A stretch of 24,000 bases of DNA from Candidatus Subterrananammoxibius californiae (GTDB lineage: Bacteria; Planctomycetota; Brocadiia; Brocadiales; Subterrananammoxibiaceae). Positions 14,773-21,494 of this stretch are shown here, piece by piece. Under the pieces are notes generated by a model. It ran no database searches. It was given only the letters and a program-made list of their open reading frames with translations, and had not been told where the DNA came from. Location: assembly GCA_030586555.1 (NCBI GenBank), contig JAURAC010000003.1, positions 84,073-108,072 on the forward strand, read 5' to 3'. The position numbers and the translations under genes are program-made. How positions within the stretch are numbered: the stretch's first letter is position 1; every line of letters begins with the position of its first letter.

Positions 14773-16224
14773 TTGGGACCGATTAGCGCAATTGAAATAG
14801 CACAAGCCGTAAGAGGGCAGATTAAGCACGGTAAGGGAGAAAGCCGTTTTGTCAGAATTTCCAGGGACAGCAGGCATATCTTACCTGGCGATTTATTTGT
14901 TGCACTGAAAGGTGAACGTTTTAACGGTCACGATTTCGTCTTAGATGCGCTCGCCGGAGGGGCTGCGGGGGTAATGGTAGAGACGCAAGATTTTGCGTCT
15001 CTACCAGGCTTTCTTAATGTATCAAATACAGATGTGGTGGTGATATTTGTAAACGACACACTTAAAGCGTTGGGAGACCTTGCAGCATACTATCGCCAGA
15101 AATTACCCACCCATATTATTGCTGTTACAGGCAGTAACGGCAAGACGACCACAAAAGATATAATTCATCACCTTTTAAGCCAGTGTGCAATGGCAACCAA
15201 ATCTCCAGAAAGTTTTAATAATTGCATCGGCGTACCGTTAACGATTTTTGAACTCAACAGTCAGACAGATTTTGGGATAATTGAGATGGGTACAAATGCG
15301 CCCGGGGAGATTAGAAGATTATCAGAAATTGTCCGACCACACACTGCTGTCTTTACGAACATCTCTGAAACACATCTGGAGGGTCTTGGAAGCGTAGAAG
15401 GCGTTGCAAAAGAAAAGGGGGAAATGCTTAATTACATTGATAAAGATGGAACAATAGTAATTAATGCCGACAACGTCTGGTGTAACAAGATTGCTAAGAG
15501 TTTTTCGGGGCGAATCATTAGATTCGGGATTAACAACCAGGCACAAATTAAGGGTTCAAACGTTAGCCGCACTGATTTAGGATTAGCTTTTACCGTTAAT
15601 GACGACTTCAGAGTAAATGTGCCATTTTATGAAATCCACAATGTTTATAACTGCCTTGCAGCTTTAGCCGTTTGCTACTCGCTGGGCTTTGATATTGAGA
15701 AATTAAGCAAGACTCTCTTACGCTTCCGCCTCCCCGCAATGAGGATGGACAGGCAAAATATAGGTGATATAGCAGTCATTAATGATGCATACAATGCTAA
15801 TCCGCAGTCCATGCTTGCCGCATTAAACGAATATAGTGAAATGAAGGTACACGGAAGAAAAATCTTTATATGTGGCGATATGTTAGAACTCGGAAATCAT
15901 GCAGAACGCCTTCATAAGGAGATTGGGATTAAGGTTGCTCACGCAGGTATTGACCTTTTGCTAACTGTAGGTAAACTCTCAAGATACGTTGCAGAATCTG
16001 CAACCGCACACGGAATGGCGAAAGAAAATACAATGTGCTATGACAGTTTAGGTGAGCTTCTTGCATCTATAGTCTATTGTTTGAAAGACGGCGATACAAT
16101 ACTTATAAAAGGGTCCAGGCGAATAGGGCTGGAAGGTATCATTGAACGAATCGAGTCCTATTTTGCCAATAGGGACAAATTTACTTCTTTGAAAAGAAGT
16201 AAGTCCGCTATAATTTCCGGATAA
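14773..16224 (+). CDS. murF: UDP-N-acetylmuramoyl-tripeptide--D-alanyl-D-alanine ligase
   Basis: VTGSNGKTTTKD P-loop, NDAYNANP and GDMLELG motifs. The TTG start at 14773 lies 7 nt after AAAGGAGA. Confidence 0.9.
   Translation: MGPISAIEIAQAVRGQIKHGKGESRFVRISRDSRHILPGDLFVALKGERFNGHDFVLDALAGGAAGVMVETQDFASLPGFLNVSNTDVVVIFVNDTLKALGDLAAYYRQKLPTHIIAVTGSNGKTTTKDIIHHLLSQCAMATKSPESFNNCIGVPLTIFELNSQTDFGIIEMGTNAPGEIRRLSEIVRPHTAVFTNISETHLEGLGSVEGVAKEKGEMLNYIDKDGTIVINADNVWCNKIAKSFSGRIIRFGINNQAQIKGSNVSRTDLGLAFTVNDDFRVNVPFYEIHNVYNCLAALAVCYSLGFDIEKLSKTLLRFRLPAMRMDRQNIGDIAVINDAYNANPQSMLAALNEYSEMKVHGRKIFICGDMLELGNHAERLHKEIGIKVAHAGIDLLLTVGKLSRYVAESATAHGMAKENTMCYDSLGELLASIVYCLKDGDTILIKGSRRIGLEGIIERIESYFANRDKFTSLKRSKSAIISG
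14976..15005. repeat. GTAG-family palindrome inside murF
   Basis: GGTAGAGACGCAA-gatt-TTGCGTCTCTACC with 13-bp perfect arms. It is read in frame as VETQDFASLP. Confidence 0.85.
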
Positions 16225-16256
16225 AGCATCTTCCTGGAAAATTATAAGGTTTTTGG

Positions 16257-16285
16257 CTTACCTTTCTTGAAAAAGGTAAGAGAGG
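16257..16285 (+). promoter_or_regulatory. Conserved leader motif upstream of mraY (CTTACCTTT-cttgaa-AAAGGTAAG-AGAGG)
   Basis: A 9-bp stem. AAAGGT begins 21 nt before the GTG at 16293. Confidence 0.5.
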
Positions 16286-16289
16286 ATTA

Positions 16290-17408
16290 TTGGTGTTTTA
16301 CCATTGGTTTTTTCAGTTCCAGAATGCCTCGATAGATTCCATAGGATTTAAAGCCGACGTTATACTCAGATGCACCCTTGCTACTCTAACGGCATTCCTT
16401 ACAACTATCCTCGTAGGAGCCTTTGTTATCAAAAAACTTAAGAAGTTTCATGTGGCTGAAGATACCTCTAAAACAGATTCTGAAGAACTTAAAAGGCTGC
16501 ACGAAGGCAAGAAGAACACCCCAACAATGGGTGGTATTATAATCATGATTGGCATCGTTGGTTCGACATTCTTATGGTGCAATCTGCGAAATGGCTACGT
16601 GCTGTTGTCCCTGTTTGCCATTCTGTGTTTCGGTATCATCGGCTTTTTTGACGATTACATAAAACTTACACAAAAACATGCAGCGGGACTAACCTGGCGG
16701 ACAAAACTAATGTCCCAATTTGCGCTGAGCTTTGTCCTTGCACTAATATTGTACTTCTGCTTCGGAGGTATCGAGGGGTTTACAAGCCTTGCTATCCCAT
16801 TCTTTACTCAACTCAAAGTGAATCTCGGGCCTCTTTATCTCGTAGCAATCACAATTTTCATAGCAGCATCCTCAAATGCAGTCAACCTTACTGATGGGTT
16901 GGATGGTCTGGCGATTGGTTGCACCATCATAACGGCAACTACGCTTGCATGTGTAACCTATATTGTTGGGCATGCAAGTGTAGGGGCGTATTGCAATACG
17001 CCCCTACATATTCTCCATATTCCTGAATGCACTGAACTAAGTATATTCTGTTCCGCACTGATAGGCGCCGGTCTTGGATTCCTGTGGTACAACTGCTTTC
17101 CAGCTCAAGTATTTATGGGGAACACCGGTTCACTATCAATTGGCGGCGTTCTTGGGTTCATTGCTGCTGTATCAAAACAAGAACTTTTGCTACTTCTTAT
17201 AGGGTCTATATTCTTTATAGAGCTTTTTTCTGTCCTGATACAGTTCACGTATTTTAAATTGTCAGGCGGGAAGAGGGTCTTCAGATGCGCTCCAATACAT
17301 CATCATTTTCAGTTTATGGGTTGGTCTGAAACCAAGATTACTAACCGATTTTTTATTCTTGCAGCAGTCATAGCAGCCTTTGGTTTTGCAGGGTTTACGT
17401 CTGGGTAG
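16290..17408 (+). CDS. mraY: Phospho-N-acetylmuramoyl-pentapeptide transferase
   Basis: A polytopic membrane protein with the NLTDGLDGLA, VFMGNTGSLSIGG and PIHHHFQ motifs. The start is either the TTG at 16290 or the GTG at 16293. Confidence 0.9.
   Translation: MVFYHWFFQFQNASIDSIGFKADVILRCTLATLTAFLTTILVGAFVIKKLKKFHVAEDTSKTDSEELKRLHEGKKNTPTMGGIIIMIGIVGSTFLWCNLRNGYVLLSLFAILCFGIIGFFDDYIKLTQKHAAGLTWRTKLMSQFALSFVLALILYFCFGGIEGFTSLAIPFFTQLKVNLGPLYLVAITIFIAASSNAVNLTDGLDGLAIGCTIITATTLACVTYIVGHASVGAYCNTPLHILHIPECTELSIFCSALIGAGLGFLWYNCFPAQVFMGNTGSLSIGGVLGFIAAVSKQELLLLLIGSIFFIELFSVLIQFTYFKLSGGKRVFRCAPIHHHFQFMGWSETKITNRFFILAAVIAAFGFAGFTSG
16979..17008. repeat. GTAG-family perfect palindrome inside mraY
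   Basis: T-GTAGGGGCGTATTG|CAATACGCCCCTAC-A. The core at 16980-17007 is a perfect 28-bp palindrome, read in frame as VGAYCNTPLH. Confidence 0.85.
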
Positions 17409-17424
17409 GTCTAAACTGACAAAA

Positions 17425-17487
17425 GAATTGGAAATTGGAAAATGTAAAATGCAAATTTAAAATTTTCACTTTTCATTTTCCAATTTT
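17425..17487. repeat. Heptanucleotide array with dyad symmetry between mraY and ftsW (possible weak terminator or attenuator)
   Basis: GAATTGG AAATTGG AAAATGT AAAATGC AAATTTA AAATTTT CACTTTT CATTTTC CAATTTT. AATTGGAAAATG (17433-17444) pairs with CATTTTCCAATT (17474-17485), followed by TTTT. Confidence 0.65.
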
Positions 17488-17517
17488 TTGCTGATATCTC
17501 AAAATTATACTATTTCT

Positions 17518-18663
17518 ATGCGCTATTTTAATCCATTCAGCCTGATTGTATGTCTCATCGCCGCGTTCCTGGGAATCGGTATTGTTATGGTTTACAGTAG
17601 TGACGCAGGTAGGATTATAGCGACTGACAACAACTACGCAACATTGCTGAGGCACGTCCTCTGGGTATTGTTCGGCACAATCGCAATGGTTGTCTTAATG
17701 TATATTGACTATCATATTATCCAGAAATACTCATGGCATATCATGGGACTTAGCTTCCTTTGTTTAGCTCTGGTTTTGATTCCGGGTGTGGGTAGCATGG
17801 TAAATGGCGCCCGTAGATGGATAAGAATTGGCACAATTGGATTTCAGCCATCCGAATTTGCAAAAATTGCAGCAATCATCTTTATCTCTAACTACATAGT
17901 GAAAAATCAGCAAGCTATGAAGGAATTTATAAAGGGATTTGTCATACCCATGGGGGTTGTAGGAATCCTTTCCATTTTTATACTTATTGAACCAGACTTT
18001 GGCACAGCCACATTTTTATCCCTCTTAGCCGTTACAATGCTCATTGTAGGCGGGGCAAGAATTGTTTATATAGTCTTCTGTGTTCTAACATTTGTTCCAA
18101 TTGTATATGAGTTAATCTGGGAGGTTCCTTACCGAAAGGAAAGATTTGTTGGCTTCCTTGACCCATGGGTAGACCCTCTCGGAAAGGGGTATCATATTAT
18201 TCAATCCTGGATTGCCCTCGGTTCTGGCGGCATCTCTGGCGTTGGCCTTGGTAAGAGTTACCAGAAACTATTCTTTCTGCCAGAAAGCAGTAACGATTTT
18301 ATCTTCTCTATAATAGGAGAGGAGTTAGGATTAATCGGCACAATAGCCATTATTGCCTTGTTTTCACTATTTATCTGGCAGGGAATAAGGGTTTGCTACC
18401 ATGCGCCAGATTTGTTTGGGTCTTTGTTAGCCTTTGGTGTTACTTATTTAATAGGTTTGCAGGCTGTAATAAATATAGGCGTTGTCGTTGGCTGTTTGCC
18501 CACAAAGGGAATTCCCTTGCCTTTTATAAGCGCAGGAGGTTCGTCTTTATTCTTTACCCTGCTTGGTATCGGAATATTGCTAAACGTAGCACGACAAACA
18601 AGACAGCCAGACTCCGAAGTACCACGTTCGGAGTATGGAATTCCTTATCCCGTACTCAGGTAA
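17518..18663 (+). CDS. ftsW: Peptidoglycan glycosyltransferase / lipid II flippase, FtsW (SEDS family)
   Basis: A polytopic SEDS protein with FQPSEFAKI, PESSNDFIFSIIGEELG and LPFISAGGSS. The ATG at 17518 is preferred. The TTG at 17488 from the track lies inside the heptamer array. Confidence 0.85.
   Translation: MRYFNPFSLIVCLIAAFLGIGIVMVYSSDAGRIIATDNNYATLLRHVLWVLFGTIAMVVLMYIDYHIIQKYSWHIMGLSFLCLALVLIPGVGSMVNGARRWIRIGTIGFQPSEFAKIAAIIFISNYIVKNQQAMKEFIKGFVIPMGVVGILSIFILIEPDFGTATFLSLLAVTMLIVGGARIVYIVFCVLTFVPIVYELIWEVPYRKERFVGFLDPWVDPLGKGYHIIQSWIALGSGGISGVGLGKSYQKLFFLPESSNDFIFSIIGEELGLIGTIAIIALFSLFIWQGIRVCYHAPDLFGSLLAFGVTYLIGLQAVINIGVVVGCLPTKGIPLPFISAGGSSLFFTLLGIGILLNVARQTRQPDSEVPRSEYGIPYPVLR
18611..18634. 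other. Hairpin in the ftsW 3' tail
   Basis: ACTCCGAA-gtaccacg-TTCGGAGT with an 8-bp perfect stem, encoding PDSEVPRSEY. Confidence 0.6.
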
Positions 18664-18676
18664 GGGTCAAACAACT

Positions 18677-19870
18677 ATGAATCTAATGTTTGCAGGAAGT
18701 GGCACTGGCGGGCACCTATTGGTAGGTTTGGGTGTTGCAGAGGAAGTAAAAATGCAATTCCCCGATTCAAAGATACTCTTCTTCGTAACTGGAAAAGACA
18801 TTGAAATACGATGCGTCTCAAAAAGGGGATTCGAGGTTCTTCCACTTAACGCAAGCCCATGGAAAAAATCCGTTTTACATATCCCTGAATTTGTTTTTAG
18901 ACATTTTAAGGGCATCTTCCGTTCCTTGAAGACCATTAAACAATTTAAACCCGATGTAGTCGTAGGTTTGGGTGGATATAGCTCCGTCCCGCCGTTAGTA
19001 GCCGCACTCCTGCTTGGTGTTCCCTATGTTCTGCTGGAACAAAACGTGATTCCTGGAAAGGCAAACAGGCTGATGGCAAGATGGGCTAAAGGGGTTTACT
19101 CCCACTTTCCCGAATGCGGAGTGCGGATTTCGGATTTAGGAATTCCTCATTTGCAGGTTACTGGCACACCCATTCGCAAGGGCATCTTGGATATGGATAG
19201 AGAAAAGGCTGCAAAAACACTCAAGTCCACCAAAATAATCGGCGGACTCGCCAATCTTTTTGGCGAGCTATCCCCATTTAAAAAAACGCTCTTAGTTATG
19301 GGAGGAAGCCAGGGCGCCAAATCAATTAACGATGTAATTATACAATGTCTTCCAGAGCTGGAAAAACTTTCACAGACGCTACAAATTATACATTGTGCCG
19401 GGGAAGCTGATTATGAAAGAGTGAGGTCTTCTTATAGCAAGAAAGTGATAAACGCACTTGTTTGCGGGTTCTTAGACAATATTGGCGCCGCATACAGTCT
19501 TGCGGATTTGGTTATATGTCGTGCTGGTGCAACTACAATCGCTGAGGTTACAGCCGTTGGGATTCCTGCAGTATTTGTCCCGTATCCTTATGCCACTGAT
19601 AACCATCAGTATTGGAACGCTAAGGCAATAGCAGAGAAAGGAGGTGGTATTATTATTGAAGAAGCAGCGCTAACGCCTCAAAGGCTTCTAAAGGTGATGA
19701 GTGAGGTCTTACAGGATGATAAAAGGCGTCTAAAGATGAAAAACGTTAGTAAATCTCTTGGAAAACCTGATGCTACTACTGTAATAGTCAATTTAATATG
19801 CCATATAATTGAACGTAATACAAGTATTGGTAGACAACGGACTTTATGTCCGTTGAAATCAACGATGTAA
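18677..19870 (+). CDS. murG: UDP-N-acetylglucosamine--N-acetylmuramyl-(pentapeptide) pyrophosphoryl-undecaprenol GlcNAc transferase
   Basis: MNLMFAGSGTGGHL (G-loop) and LLVMGGSQGA motifs. The track start at 18635 overlaps ftsW; the ATG at 18677 is preferred. Confidence 0.9.
   Translation: MNLMFAGSGTGGHLLVGLGVAEEVKMQFPDSKILFFVTGKDIEIRCVSKRGFEVLPLNASPWKKSVLHIPEFVFRHFKGIFRSLKTIKQFKPDVVVGLGGYSSVPPLVAALLLGVPYVLLEQNVIPGKANRLMARWAKGVYSHFPECGVRISDLGIPHLQVTGTPIRKGILDMDREKAAKTLKSTKIIGGLANLFGELSPFKKTLLVMGGSQGAKSINDVIIQCLPELEKLSQTLQIIHCAGEADYERVRSSYSKKVINALVCGFLDNIGAAYSLADLVICRAGATTIAEVTAVGIPAVFVPYPYATDNHQYWNAKAIAEKGGGIIIEEAALTPQRLLKVMSEVLQDDKRRLKMKNVSKSLGKPDATTVIVNLICHIIERNTSIGRQRTLCPLKSTM
19114..19141. 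repeat. Four heptamers inside murG
   Basis: ATGCGGA GTGCGGA TTTCGGA TTTAGGA, translated as ECGVRISDLG. Confidence 0.55.
19224..19267. other. Two adjacent hairpins inside murG
   Basis: AGTCCACC-aaaataatc-GGCGGACT (7 of 8 bp paired) and CTCGCCAA-tcttt-TTGGCGAG (8 of 8 bp paired). They encode KSTKIIGGLANLFGEL, in a segment that looks longer than in typical MurG. Confidence 0.55.
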
Positions 19871-19886
19871 AACATCGTTGTCTACC
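19829..19886. repeat. Three-way (Y-shaped) hairpin element spanning the murG stop; GTAG-family outer stem
   Basis: The outer stem GGTAGAC (19829-19835) pairs with GTCTACC (19880-19886). It encloses AACGGAC-tttat-GTCCGTT and AACGATG-taaaa-CATCGTT. The murG TAA (19868-19870) sits in the second loop. Confidence 0.7.
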
Positions 19887-19905
19887 TTCTTTCACAAAGG
19901 TGAGA
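19881..19905 (+). promoter_or_regulatory. Leader motif upstream of murC (TCT-ACCTT-ctttcaca-AAGGT-g-AGA)
   Basis: It has the same CCTT...AAAGGTGAGA architecture as at murE and mraY. An AAGGAGG SD follows at 19908-19914, and the GTG start is at 19923. Confidence 0.45.
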
Positions 19906-19922
19906 TAAGGAGGCTATAAAAA

Positions 19923-21494
19923 GTGCGCTTGGCAACTTTAGATGACCTGTCTGCGTGTGGACACGCACAAGCAGATAAGAATTTATCACCAACGAAACGA
20001 CTCTCAATTACAATTCCATCCTTTCATGTTAAAAATGTATATCTGATAGGCATTGGCGGTACAGGCATGAGTGGGTTAGCCAGGTTATTACTGACAAAAG
20101 GATATAAGGTTTCTGGTTCTGACACACAGCCCTCTCCGACTACCTTTGCACTTGAAAAACTCGGCGCAAGAATCACCAACAAACAAGATGGCAATGGGGT
20201 AAACCCCGAAACGGAACTGGTTATCATTTCTGCTGCAATTACCGAGGATAACCCAGACCTGATGGCTGCCCGCAGTTTCAGCCTGAAAGTGATTAAATAC
20301 TCACAATTCCTGGGTTCTTTAATGAAAGAAAAAAAGGGCATTGCTATAAGCGGCACCCACGGGAAAACAACCACTACCAGTATGGTTTCTACAGTTCTTA
20401 AATATGCTGGTATGGACCCATCATTTGTAATTGGCGGTGTTGTTCCAGAGATTGGGGGGAGTTCGCATTATGGCAAAGGGAATTTTTTTGTCGCAGAGGC
20501 ATGTGAGTACGATAAGTCTTTTCTTTATCTTTCTCCTCATATCGGAGTAATTACTAATATAGAAGAGGATCATCTTGATTATTACAAAAACATCGAAGGC
20601 GTAGTAAATGCCTTTGCCGAGTTTGCCACCTCAATTCCAGAGGATGGTTTGTTAGTAGTAAACAATCAGGACGATAATATAAAGAAGGCTATAAAGGGGG
20701 CTCACTGTAATATAGAAACCTACTCAATGGATGACCCTTTTGCAAACTGGACTGCCACCCGACTGAGGTGGGATAACACATTCGAGGTTTTTCACAATGG
20801 CAGCCCGTTTGGTGAATTCGGACTCAGGATTCCCGGTGTTCATAATGTCATGAATGCACTTGCAACCATCGCTACGTGCACGTTTGCCGGCGTGGAAAGG
20901 CAATCTATCATGGAAGGGTTGGCAACCTTTAATGGAGCACAACGAAGATTCCAGATTATTGACAGCGTAAACGGAATTACCATTGTAGATGACTATGGCC
21001 ATCATCCAACGGAAATTCGCGCCACCCTCAGGGCTGCAAGAGAGAGGTTTCCAGAAGGTAGGATATGGTGCGTATTCCAGCCACATCAATATAGCAGGAC
21101 AAAGTTACTGCTAAAAGATTTTGCCCGCTCCTTTGGTGATGCCGATAAGGTCGTTCTGACGGACATCTTCTCTGCACGGGATAGCGAGGAAGATAAAGCA
21201 GCAATAAACTCGTGCATTCTAACAAACGAAGCCCGCTTGCAGGGCGCTGATGCCCTGTATATTCCTCATATTGATGATGTGCCAGACCTCTTGTGCAGCG
21301 GTCTTATGCCTGATGATGTTGTTATTACCATGGGTGCTGGCGATGTCTGGAAGGTGTCTCGTAGCTTAATATCAAAATTACACGAGCATAAATCAAAAGC
21401 GTCAGGGGACAGGGGTCAAGAGTCAAGAGTTTGGACTCATAACCCAAGACTCATGACACAGGACTTAAATGGAATATTACAACCTGCCTTATAA
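19923..21494 (+). CDS. murC: UDP-N-acetylmuramate--L-alanine ligase, with N- and C-terminal extensions
   Basis: GIGGTGMSGLA and GTHGKTTTTS motifs. The GTG start lies 9 nt after AAGGAGG. The last ~30 aa are read through a heptamer array and overlap murB by 26 nt. Confidence 0.9.
   Translation: MRLATLDDLSACGHAQADKNLSPTKRLSITIPSFHVKNVYLIGIGGTGMSGLARLLLTKGYKVSGSDTQPSPTTFALEKLGARITNKQDGNGVNPETELVIISAAITEDNPDLMAARSFSLKVIKYSQFLGSLMKEKKGIAISGTHGKTTTTSMVSTVLKYAGMDPSFVIGGVVPEIGGSSHYGKGNFFVAEACEYDKSFLYLSPHIGVITNIEEDHLDYYKNIEGVVNAFAEFATSIPEDGLLVVNNQDDNIKKAIKGAHCNIETYSMDDPFANWTATRLRWDNTFEVFHNGSPFGEFGLRIPGVHNVMNALATIATCTFAGVERQSIMEGLATFNGAQRRFQIIDSVNGITIVDDYGHHPTEIRATLRAARERFPEGRIWCVFQPHQYSRTKLLLKDFARSFGDADKVVLTDIFSARDSEEDKAAINSCILTNEARLQGADALYIPHIDDVPDLLCSGLMPDDVVITMGAGDVWKVSRSLISKLHEHKSKASGDRGQESRVWTHNPRLMTQDLNGILQPAL
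21401..21463. repeat. Heptanucleotide array inside the murC 3' end, upstream of murB
   Basis: GTCAGGG GACAGGG GTCAAGA GTCAAGA GTTTGGA CTCATAA CCCAAGA CTCATGA CACAGGA, with an imperfect dyad. Confidence 0.65.

Noticed and set aside
19829-19886. Whether the branched hairpin at the murG 3' end is a tRNA or tRNA-like gene. The same question applies to GGGTCGAAC, which resembles a T-loop GGTTCGAA.
   Set aside because: The element is only 58 nt and has two arms rather than a cloverleaf. It has no acceptor/CCA geometry and no anticodon loop of the correct size. The GGGTCGAAC cores are not embedded in tRNA-like structures.
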